DNA of 64,000 nucleotides, taken from Cycas panzhihuaensis. Taxonomy: Eukaryota; Plantae; Cycadophyta. Shown piece by piece: positions 52,682 through 64,000 of the stretch. The translations under genes were made by a program, and so were the position numbers. Numbering within the stretch: position 1 is the stretch's first letter; every line of letters starts with the position of its first letter. The notes below the pieces were generated by a model. It saw only the letters and a list, made by a program, of their open reading frames with translations. It was not told the origin of the DNA and made no database searches. Location of the stretch: contig CM041465.1 of the NCBI GenBank assembly GCA_023213395.1, positions 5,580,001 to 5,644,000 of the forward strand. Direction: 5' to 3'.

Positions 52682-55600
52682 TCAGTTAGAGATGGAGGCC
52701 CTAAGGTCTAGTTACTTTCAGAACTGTTCAAACTTCACCCTCTTCAGTGGTTTGGTGAAGATATCAGCCACTTGATCTGTTATGGGGTAGTACTCCAGTT
52801 GAATTGTGCCATCATGAACTAGTTCTCTAATCCTGTGGACTTTTGTACTTATATGTTTGGTACGATCATGAAATACAGGATTTTTAGCCATCTGGATTAT
52901 AGATTGATTATCTACATGTAAGCTAGTAGAACTTGTTTAGGTGGCATTTAATGTATTCAATAATTTTCTAAGCCATATAACCTCCTTGCTTATCTCAGAA
53001 GCAGCAATGTACTCAACTTCGACAGTTGAGTCTGCAACTATCTTCTGCTGTTTGGATCTCCATGATATTGGTGTTGTTCTAAGAAATGTTACATACCCAG
53101 ATGTAGATCTTCTTGTGTCTTTATCTTTAGTAAAGTTTGAGTATGTGTATGCATAAAGTTTAAATTTTGCATTGGGTTCATACAACAAACCATATTTGCT
53201 AGTCGTCATTAGGTACCTCAACACTTGTATTGTAACTTGCCAATGATTCTGCTTAGAATTTATCATGAATCTTGTAAGAATGTTGATAGAGTGTGTAATA
53301 TCTGGCCTTGTGTTGGTAGTATAGTTGAGACTACCTACAAGTTGCCTGTAGAGCATTGTGTCTACCTTCCTATTGTCACCATCAACTAAGAGTTTAATAT
53401 TAGGCTCCATTGGTGTATCCACTAGTCGAGAACCTTCCAACTAAAACTTTGTTAGAAGATCATTGATATATTTTTCTTGGGAGAGAAAGATTTTGCCATC
53501 CTTTTGAGTTACTTCAATTCCCAAGTAATATTTCAACAACCTGAGGTTAGACAATTCAAAAGTTTTAGCAAGGTCCTTCTTCAATTTGGTGATTACACAT
53601 TCATTATTCCCTATTATGAGCATGTCATCCACAAAGATTAAGAGGTAAGTGACTTTATCATTTTGGCACTTGATGAATAATATTACGTCAATATCTTGAT
53701 AGTCACAAACCTCATATCCAAGTTACCTTATTCTTTCAGACAACTTGGTAAACCAAGCATGAGGGGCTTGCTTTAGGCCATACAAGGACTTTTTGAGCCT
53801 GCAAACTTTATGCTCCTGACCATCAATCTCATATCCTTCTGGATGAGCCATGTAAATTTCTTCTTTAAGGTCCCCATTGAGAAATGCAGTCTTAACATCG
53901 AGTTGGTGGATTTTCCAACCCTGTTGAGCAGCCAAGGTTATAAGAGTTCTGATTGTAGGCCACTTGGTTGTAGGAGCAAAGATTTCAGTGTAGTCAATGC
54001 CTTCCCTTTGTGTGAATCCTTTTGCTACCAACCTTGCCTTGTGTTTTTCTAGGGTGCCATCTGATCTATACTTGTTTTTGAATACCCATTTATTTTGAAC
54101 TACCTTTCTTCCAAGTGGTAGATAAACAAGCTCCCATGTACCATTTTTAATAAGAGATTGATACTCTTCATTCATAGTATTTCTCCAAGCTACATTCTTT
54201 ACAGCTTCTTGGTACGTTAGGGGCTCTTCATTAAGAACAAGTTGCAATTCTACTGGTTCAAGCTCAACAGAAAGTGATTCATGCATCCTTGCTCTATGGG
54301 CACTTCTAGTTCCAGTTTTGCCTATCTCATCTGGTCGCATGTCCTTGTGTAGCTAGTAGGCTTCAAGAAAACCTCAAGTTGGGAATAAGGTTTTCATTTC
54401 CGCAACCTCTTGATCTTTGTTTTGATCTTGAAAAGGATCATATGAAATATTTGGCATGGAGGAAGTTGATGATGCTGGAGAAGATGGGTCAGCCATAGAT
54501 ATTGGAGAAGATGATCCTTCTGCTATGGCTTTGCCTTTATCAACTTGGTTGTTCACAAATGATGGTGTTGGATGTGTACACATTGGCTTAGAGTCACAAC
54601 TTGTATCCTCCGAGGCTCTATTGTCAGATTCTAAGATTTTGAGTAACTGTTCAGCATCTCCCCCCTAAATTTTGGAATTTGGACATCAAATTTAATGGCA
54701 TCATTAAATCAGTATAAAGGCATCTTGGAGTCAAGTCTGAGTAATTGATCTTCAGTCTCTGTAAAGATAACATCTTTAGTGATGATGATTTTGTGCTGTG
54801 AAGGTATGAAAACCTTATATCCCTTTTTGTCCATAGGGTATTCGATAAAGATGCCTTTGATGGCTCTATCTTGGAGCTTATTTCTATGTTCTTCCAGAAT
54901 ATGAGCATAACAAGTAGAGCCAAAAATTCTGAAGTGGGAGATAGAGGTGGTTTGTCCATACCACATTTCATGTGGAGAGGGGCCGAGCTTGGAGGGACTA
55001 ACAGTGTTGATGCAATACATAGTAGTCCAGATAGCCTCAGCCCAAAGATAGATAGGGACATTCTTATATACCAGCATAGCACGAGCCATATTCATGATGG
55101 TCCTGTTCATACGCTCGGTAACTCCATTTTGCTGGGGTGTACCTGCAACAGTGGTCTGATGTTTGATTCCATGTTGATGTAGGTACGATTCAAACTCATT
55201 GGATGTGTACTTGCCACCATTGTCAGTCCTGAGTATTTTGATCTTGAATCTAAATTCATTTTCCACACGGGCCTTGGAATCTTGAAACATAAAAAAAGCT
55301 TCATCTTTCTTTTCAAGAAAAAAAACCCATACTTTCTTGGTAAAATCATCAATGAAAGTAATATACTATCACTTCTGTTTAAGAGAAGGGATGGGTATAG
55401 GACTGCATATATCTAAGTGTATAAGCTTCAAAGGTTGGCTAGATTTCCACTAACTATGAGGAAACAATTGTCTTTGAGATTTAGCAATAATACGTGCTTC
55501 ACATTTAAATGGCTTAGAGGGGAACTCAAGCAAACCAGGAAGAGTGTCTTGTAGTTCTCTTAAACAATCAATTTTGATATGGCCCATACGAGCATGCCAT

Positions 55601-57168
55601 AGAGCTGCTTAGGACAACTTTTGAGGAGTCAAGGTTGTGGTAAAAGCAAATTCATGATCAACATAGTTGGCTTTAGAGGATAGTGAGCCAGTTAGGTGAA
55701 AAAGTTTGCCATCAAGAATTCTGGTCATAACCACAGCATTTGAAGGAGGGTGAATGAAACAGAGAGTTTAATTGTTTGAAGTTACACTTAGATCAAATCC
55801 ATGAGAGACAAGGGTGGATAGGGAGAGCAGATTCTTCTTTAGATTAGGAATATATAAAATATCAACAAGTGTAAAATCTAGAAGGTCTGGGAGTTTTAGG
55901 TAAATAGTTCTAAGTCCTTTAATTGGCTAAGATGATTTGACAGCCATGTGTATAACACCACAAACTTTAGAGTTAAAATCTTGAAAGAACTAGTGATGAC
56001 AAGTCATGTGTTATGTTGCTCCATTATCCATGATCCACGATGAAGTATTTGAGGTAGCACTATTTACAACTCCAAGTGGTGAAGGCAAAAGAGAATAAGC
56101 ATAGCCATAATGAGCCTCAATATACTTAGTGGATCTATCAACAACATTTGATGAAGTGGTCCCAATTCTTTGAAGGTGTGCATGAACAAATTGAGTTCCA
56201 CCAAAAGCATCTTCAAAAGAGGTATTATCAACATTATGTGCACCATGGCGCTGTTGATAACTTGGTAGTTTGTTGGTGGCAATTCTACAATTTTTGGCAT
56301 AATGTCCTTTTCTATTACACCTTTGGCACACGATTGTTTGATTTCTAGTCCAAGTATTGGGCTGGTTGGACAGTCTCTGATTACTGGATCTAGGTCCAGG
56401 TTGATTATTTTGGCCTTGGCCTTGAGACTATTTTTATTGGAGTTGAGGAGCTTGTTGACTAAGAGGACATTGTCCTTGTTATCTACCTCTTCCTCTTCCA
56501 CAGGAATTACCACCTCTACGAGAGTATTGACCTTGATTTTTAGTATAACAAAGATCTTCTTCCACTTCAAAAGTAATATCAACTAGATCTGATGTAGTGG
56601 CAAAGTTGGTATCAAAGGTCTTATCAAATTCAATGAACTCATCAACAAGGTTTTCAAAGTTTAGGGTCTTCAAAGTGCCACTAGATTAAAGACTTCCTAA
56701 TAGATTTTTGTAATATGGGATATGGAGACATGAATGAATCAAGAAAACCCATGTAATGCATTGAGTTTTAAAATCTTTATCAATGGCTTGCTTGATTGGA
56801 TGAAGTAGATTGATTATCTCACTTACGTATCCTTTCTGCATTTTTAATTTGTTCGTCTTCAGCACTAAGTGAACAAATTCTAAGTCTGATTTAGTGTTAA
56901 AGTTCTTCTTAAGAACTTCAAGAACTTTCCATGCTATATCATGTACATCTTCATCAATGAGATTATGTAGGGAATAATCAGTGATAAGTAGTATCCCTGA
57001 ATGGGTTTTATCATCATCAAGTTCCCATTGGCATTTAGCTGCAGCTTCAGTGGGAGCAGTTGGAGCACCTCCTCCTGAAGTAGTTGTGGTAGCACCAGTG
57101 AACCACATGTCCCAATTTTCTTTCCCTTTTAGAATGCAGTTCACATTTTGCTTGAATTGTAAAGACAT
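52682..57168 (-). pseudogene. gag-pol of element E
   Basis: CQRCNRKGHYAKNC zinc knuckle, WIMDNGAT protease, LRTDNGG/TPQQNG INT, KARLVAKG/QLDVKTAFLNG RT, RRSTSGY/ADIFTKPL RH; several stops. Confidence 0.95.
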
Positions 57169-58339
57169 GGTGTCTTCTTAGAAGGAAAGAAATGAACAAG
57201 GGACTATAAAAGTGATGGAAATAAATGACCAATCACTATTTATAAATGGGAAATGTAATGAAGTAGTGTAGCAGAAAGAAGAAGAAGTGAGAATGGTTGC
57301 TCAAAGATGAAGGGAGCAACTTAGAGGAAAGTCACCAACATTTGTGACAAATATTAACCTAACACAACAGGAATATGAGAAGCACTATGATAAAAATTAG
57401 CCACTAATACTTGTGACAAATATTAACCTGACACAACAAGAATATAAGAAGCACTATGATTGTGATTACACTATGGATCACTTCTTACAAATAAGTAAGT
57501 GATCAATATACAAGATTGTAGGCCAATGTAGAAGCTGATATCATTAGGTTTACATAACTTAAAACTCAAATGTAGGATGTGTAATCAACCCAATAACCTT
57601 TAACTTGTGTCCAATGTGTAGTTGAGGTCATTGAAGGAATGCCTAGGCTTCTAGTAGAATTAAGTTGGCCTTCACCCGTGATACCCATAATCATGCTTGG
57701 TGATGAAATCTAAGTCACAACGGAGCCCATGTACTCCCAATCATCACCCAGTTCACCAATGAGCAGCTATATACCTCCTCTAAAGAGTGGTACGTGCATA
57801 CCCATGGCTATGACAGATATTGGATTAGGTATATTTTAATATTGTATTAAAGTTTCAGTTTTCCCAGTTGGTTATCAGGATGATCCCTGATTGAGGCATG
57901 ATGGTATGGCTAACCAAACCTCATCAATATTCTGGTTTGGTCTAGTCCCAACTTGAAACCCACACCTCCTTTATGGCATGGTATTCTTCCAACCAAGGTA
58001 TCTCAACCTTGTTGAGTGTGTGAATAAGTACAAGATGGCGAAAAATAATGTACGTGATGTGTTCCTTTTAGGAAGAGTGAAAAGATTATTGAATTGCATC
58101 AAACGTACATTTAACTAAAAATAGAATGCTTACTTGGAGTGCTTTTGAAGTTCTTGCTTGAAGTGTCTTTAGAGTGCTTGCTTTGAGTGAGTTTAGAGTG
58201 ATGAAATACAATTCTAATAAGTGAGTGAGGACACCAGATATTGCTCAGATCTAGGTGTTTTTTTTCTCACTTTTACAATGGGCTTTTAAGCCTTATAAAA
58301 AGAAGGAAGAAATTTTCTTCACTTTTGTTTTCTTAATAC

Positions 58340-58710
58340 AAAATAAATTGGTCTTCACTAAATTAGCAATAACTTTCTCCCATGATGTTGAAATGGAGTG
58401 CTAATTTTTGTACTAAAAACTAGACTAAAAGCTTCATCTTCAAGAAGTATAATCAGGTCCAAATGACTTCTTGAAAGTTTTTGGCAGCCCCACAAAGTTA
58501 GGAAATTATATTTTTCTAGAATTCTTACTAAAAATAACTATTATTCACTAAAACAACAATAACTTCCTCATACGACATCCAAATTAGATGATTGTTTTTG
58601 TGCAAGAAAGTAGACTCAGAGCCTCATCTTTGAAAATTAGAATCACTTCAATTGGAGCTCTATAGAATATTTTGTAGACCTGTGAAGTTCAGTAATCAAA
58701 TTGTATTTCT
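58340..58710 (-). repeat. Two ~190-bp tandem repeats in the E leader
   Basis: Repeated ttcactaaa...caataactt...tagact motif about 190 bp apart. Confidence 0.7.
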
Positions 58711-61450
58711 GTAAAAAATTCAGCTTCCTAATATCTCATTAACACATGATACCATATGAAATTTCCATCATTTTTTGATCACCAAGATCCTAATATGGGT
58801 AAGGTGAGAGCATACAATGATGGATATTTTAAATGACTCAAAATTCTTTAAAAGAAATGGGTAAAACCTCCCCTTACAATTATTCTTCTAAATGTTGGAA
58901 AAATTTTGGCAATTCCCCTTGTTAAATGGACAAAAGGAGGGGAAAGAAAAGGAAGAATGAGATAGCATGAATGGCCAATAAAGGATTGGAATCCTTGGGC
59001 CTTACAACTCCTTGTATTATGCTTCCAAACCTAAAAAAGAGAAAGGAAAAGCAAACAATACAAAATATGCTATCATAATAACTTGAAAATATTTCTAAAT
59101 TTACTTTCACAATCTCCTTCACCACATGGATTGTGGGGGAGAAGGAAGTGATGGCTCAATTACAAGTGCAAGTGAGGAATATGAAGGAAGCAAGCTCTAA
59201 TACCATATAAAAAGAGTGGATCTATCCTTCATCTCCATGCACTAAATATAAAGGCAAACATGGGAACAAGAAAGACTTGAGAGAAAGAAAGTAGCTCTAA
59301 CAAAATGGGGAGGTAAGAATGAATCTCCTCCATTGAGCTTTTACTTTTATATTGAGAGAGGGCACATTAGAGTTAGGTGAAATGAAATTACACATAATGC
59401 ACATGAAAGTGCATTTCACTTAAGTGATCTAATTTAAAGTTCACTTATGACCCTTTTTTGAAATAATCAACTAATGTAATGACCTTATGTCATTAACCAT
59501 TTTCATCAGAAGCATGATGGTACCTTGGACTTGCATTGGTGTTTTATTGAGGATTGAGATGCATCTGTTGTGCTTTATATCCATTTCGATTAAGGAGAAA
59601 TTAATTGTATTAATTTAACTTATATCGAGTAACATATGACAATTTAGGTAGATATGGAGGTGGCAGTGAGCATGGTCCTTGGTCGACAAAATAGATAAAT
59701 CTCATAGAAAAACCCTTGTATAAATGAAGTATATAGTTGATTGTATAAATTCAATTGCCTCACATAATTTAAGATATGTTATATTTATATCTATTTTCAA
59801 GGCATAGATGATTCAACAACAAAGAAGGCATCTCCTCCAATGAATAAGGTCATGGCAAATCTAAAAATATCTATAAAAATAATTGTTTAATGATGAACCT
59901 ACAATGGAGGGTTAGTAAGACCAAAAGTTATGAGCTCATCTAGAAAGAATTCCAAACCTATGGCCATTGATGTGGAAGAACAAGTATAATAAGTTGCCCT
60001 TCAATAGATGATCTAATGGAGAAAATGCCCTTGAAATAGTTGATATTTTGACAAGTAAATTGATTTGAAGATTTATTATTTCCATAGTTTTAACATATTT
60101 AATAATATTGGAAAGTGTGGTGAATTCTATATTAGCCCCCAAAGAATATCTAGATGGTTGCATAGACTTTTGATGTGATGTGGTGTTATTTTTGAAGGGG
60201 TTTATTTTTTATTTTTGCCCAATTTCATTTTTTTCGATAACCTACTACTAGTGTTTCTTTGATAAATTTTCATTGGAATATTAGATCTAAGTGTCATTAG
60301 GTACATTAGATTTATTACATTGACGTGGTCAAAATGGGTAGTTATATAACCCATTTTGAGATTTTTTTTAAGAAAATTTTAATTGAGAAATTTGGTACTT
60401 ATATTCTTAGGTATTAAAAAAGGGGATTCCTTTAGATAACATAGTAGGCTTGGTTTATAGGCTCCATTTTCTTAGGCTTTAGAGAACTCACATTGTTTAA
60501 AGTATTACATAAGAGAGAGAATTATTTGATGAATTTATTAGGTCATATCATTTGTGTGGTGATTGTTGGTCCTTGTAACCCTTAGATTAGGTAGATACAT
60601 GTTGAGAGCAGGGCTAGAGTACACTGATATTAGAAAGTGAAACCACTTATTGAAGACTTTAAGAAGAAAAGCTATTATTAAATCCCATTTGGCAAGAGGT
60701 GGGACCCACTTGCTACTCTTACACTCAACTCATTTGACTAAGTAGGTAGTTAAACTTATTCCTAAAATAATTGACTTAGTGCTAATAAAACCATGTATCT
60801 AAAGGGGTTTCCTATAGAATTGATAGTTACAGTAGTTGGTTACCATGTAGTCCAGTGGATAGAGCTTTCTTTTTATAGATTTCGATAAGAAATAGTTGGT
60901 GTACAACTTCTAGATACAACTTGTACAAGATAGAGACATGCTCTATTATATCTATCATATTAGAAAAAAGCAGATGGTACCTTTCTTATTTGGAGAAGAT
61001 AGATGATTCCTACCTTGATGAAAGGGTGTTATCCATGGTGTATTGATGTGACATTTGAGTTATGTAATTAAACATTATAGAGGGGTGTTAGAAGTAATGT
61101 TTAATAGCATAATATTAATGATAAAGTACCCCCCTAACTCTCTCATGGAATATTAAATTAGGTTATTAAGTTGTATACAAGGTGGTACACACTTATTCAT
61201 GTATTTTTCCTATTAGTAGACATAGGGGTTGCCACATGTGATTGGACAATTATGAGGTGATATGTACTATAAGTATGTATTCATACCTAATGTAATAATT
61301 GGAGATGATCATTTCTCACAAGCTTTATTATCTTATATATTTATACATACTTTATTTTTTGATTTATTTATTTATCATTTACTTATTTTATCACCTCATA
61401 TATATGTATGTTATTATGTATTCATATGTCTAATAGTGTTATTTTTAACA

Positions 61451-61462
61451 TGGTATCAGAGT
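61451..61462 (+). promoter_or_regulatory. Second PBS directly after the 3' LTR of H
   Basis: tggtatcagagt abutting the LTR terminal -aaca. Confidence 0.85.
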
Positions 61463-61892
61463 TATTCTATTATATTTTCAACAAATAGGAGGAGAGAGTT
61501 TTTTTCCTTTTTGTCTAAAAGGCAAAAGAGATGTGGAAGGAAGATAGAGACTGTTATTAATTTCTCTCTAATATTTTTTCTTTAGACTTCTTAATCCTTC
61601 TTAGGGATTTCTTTTTTTATTGATATGCATCCTACATTTATTGTAATTAGAGACACTTTTATGATAAGAGATATTATAATGGGTAATGTGTTACAAGAGA
61701 TTAATAAGTACTGAGCAAATCCAAGAGCTACTAAATATTTGTAGTTCTCTTTTCTTTTGTACTAATCATGTACAAATTGATTCTAACTAGTAGCGTGTTA
61801 AGTAGTCAAGCATCTTCTTTCATATACATTAATCTTCTAATAAAGCATACATTATTTCTATTGATGTTATTATATGTCATTTTGTCAAGTGA

Positions 61893-62235
61893 TGTTGGGA
61901 TAATGCTCAATGTTTGAATAGTGTATAGCCATCCTCAGGCCCCCAAAAGGCACCTCAGGCCACCTAAAACTACCATGCAACCACCTAAAGTTGATATGCA
62001 ACCACCAAAGCTAACTAAAGTAAGTTATTTTAATAATTCATTTATTATTTTATTATTTTTTAAAATTTTTAATTTAATGGCAGGTTGAGGTGCTTGCCAC
62101 CTTCCCAAACCTATATGGGAATGCCTCCCTAGTATTTTTTAACACCACCTTCAAATTGGATAATGGTTAATGTATTTTGAGATGGCTTCATAATCTTCTC
62201 ACTCTATCCTCAACTCCAACATTTGGTATCAGAGC
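61893..62235 (+). mobile_element. Element I: 5' LTR (61893-62221) + PBS (62224-62235); body probably runs toward or past the window end
   Basis: tgttggga...tccaaca inverted ends; perfect tggtatcagagc; start resembles the solo LTR at 33403-33728. Confidence 0.85.
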
Positions 62236-64000
62236 ACTTGATCATGCATGACAAGATTATTTATTAAAATTTTAATTTTATACTACAGTTTTAACATTAT
62301 TTCTTATATAGTTTTTTAGAAAATATTTGATATTTCATATGTATAAGTTTGTTGATTATTGTTTCTTCAATTATTTATTGTAAAAATAATGCATTTAGCC
62401 CAATAATAGTCTGGTGTGATTATCTTTAGAATTTAATTAATAAACTTTACGTTTGCTATCATTTTTTCACTATTTTTTAAAAGTTTTGCAAGATTTTATG
62501 ACTTTAGAAAGTTGGTGCAACCTCCACATTGTATGAATCTTCAACAAGTGACTATTCATTTTGATCAGGGCTGAGTCTACTTTATAATAGAAGAATCTGT
62601 TCATAATTATGTCCATCCTAACTAAAGAAATCCTTCGTGGAAGCCCAATCTCTCCTTCTAGCCATTAAAACCCCCAATACACCACTTGTTATTTACTCAT
62701 TTCACTTCAGTTAATCTCTTGATCCTAGTGCAATAGGGTAGTAGGATGAATAGAGGTAAAACTAAGCTGTCTGTAAATAATTTCGAGCCCTCTCTGAGCT
62801 GTACAGTCCCCACATAATTGTGTAACCTTTGTAGGCTCTTTTACTTCATTCTTCACATGTGAGTATCCATTCTCTATGAAATTCCATAGGTTCCTAAAAA
62901 TCCTAATGATCTCACCCCTCCTAAATTTTCATCGCATTCTATCACTTTTGTGATGAGGCCAAACTCATCAAAATCTCCACAATGTGCAAGGGTCGTAGGA
63001 TGTATTTTTTATTTATTTTAAATATAACTTTATTTATTATGAAGTTTATAAAGTTCAATAAAATTTAATTAAATTCAATAAAACTTCAATTTTGAGTATC
63101 AACCCCCTCTGTTGTTAAGCCTCGGGTCCTTTTCTTGGTCTACATGACCTTGATTTTTGATTTTAAAGGGGGGAGATTTGAAATCATATAAACTATTTTT
63201 TATATTTTAAGTTTATAAGAGTATATATTAGTTTTGATATAATTTGAGATCCAGAGCCCCCTTAGGGTTAGGAACCAATCTCGTAGAGTTTGTATATGAC
63301 CAAAAGCCCAATCAAAAGGGGCTAATTATATACCTTTTTCAAAAATCTCATTTTTAAAAAAATACATAAAGAGGATTATTTGCTTCTTTTATTATATCTT
63401 TACACTAGAAAGTCAAATTTTCATAAAATTAAACTCGTTGGATTTATATTTTAGAGCTCTATAGTGTAGAATCATCTTTTACTCTTTTTGAGTATATTTT
63501 TGTAGCTTTTGAGTTACTCAAAGTTGACATTCATTTACTGCCCTTATTTCACTTACAATAGGAAGGTATCTTCATAATTTCTTTAATATCCTAAACTCTA
63601 TAGCTCAAATCAAAACCGTCTAAACTATATGAAAGATATTTTAGAGATATTTTCAATAGAATAGCTTTCACTTCATTTTGACTTTATTTTATAGGTTGTT
63701 GAAGCTCCTTGAGTTAAGGTTTTAGTATAGCCCTACTTAAATATTTTGGTGACATCTTTTGAACCAAAACCTTTTCCAATTGAATATATTTAATTAATAT
63801 CTATCTTTTAGCTGATTATTAACAATACTTATTAATGTTTATTAGACGTATAAGCTATTTTTATAGCTCTTTATCATTCTTTGGCCTTTGAAGTAAAATG
63901 ACCCCTTGTTATGCTCAAAACTAAAACCAGGTACTTCTTACCTTGGAATTTTATTTCTATTATACTTAAAAGTATTTTTAAGCTATTTTCTTTATTGATT

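Larger units (their letters stand above)
51951..59505 (-). mobile_element. Element E: structurally complete Ty1/copia with a ~2-kb leader
   Basis: 298-bp LTRs at 51951-52248 and 59208-59505 (about 20 mismatches by eye); PBS at 59194-59205; PPT at 52251-52259; TSD ttaga/tcaga. Confidence 0.96.
50680..61450 (+). mobile_element. Element H: non-autonomous LTR element (~2.5 kb internal region) interrupted by E
   Basis: Homologous LTRs at 50680-51048 and 61086-61450; PBS at 51049-51060; PPT agagggg at 61079-61085; no intact pol. Confidence 0.85.

Noticed and set aside
41832-57232. Opposite-strand ORFs overlapping LINE and copia coding regions (e.g. 41832-42191, 52941-53156, 54871-55182)
   Set aside because: Shadow ORFs of the real reading frames
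57770-57975. AGGAGGT motifs as Shine-Dalgarno sites implying bacterial origin
   Set aside because: They lie inside a plant copia leader with no suitably spaced start codon or prokaryotic ORF
62950-62975. tgatgag-gccaaa-ctcatca hairpin resembling a hammerhead core
   Set aside because: It lacks CTGA and GAAA; it is a simple 7-bp hairpin

Overview
AT-rich plant nuclear heterochromatin made almost entirely of nested, decaying retroelements. I found no host gene, RNA gene or CRISPR array. Contents: three L1-clade LINE copies (two reach a C-terminal RNase H and have 18-bp TSDs, and both of those sit inside LTRs); two related Reina-like chromoviral Ty3/gypsy elements (A, B); a Tat/Ogre-type integrase relic; two copies of one long-leader Ty1/copia family (D, E); further deleted or non-autonomous copia-type elements (C, F, G, H, I); a solo LTR; and a ~590-bp compound (TA)n microsatellite. 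Nesting: LINE in A; C in B; solo LTR, a C-family fragment, F and a LINE in D; E in H. Decay is dominated by C->T/G->A changes, including at CpA/TpG, which suggests strong non-CG methylation-driven deamination. The most unusual items are the LTR-resident RNase-H LINEs with a structured 3' UTR, a short-LTR element with a single gag/acidic/RNase-H-relic frame, an LTR flanked by both PPT and PBS, and conserved ORF-like blocks in retrotransposon leaders and tails. Boundaries were read by eye; family names come from motifs, not database searches.
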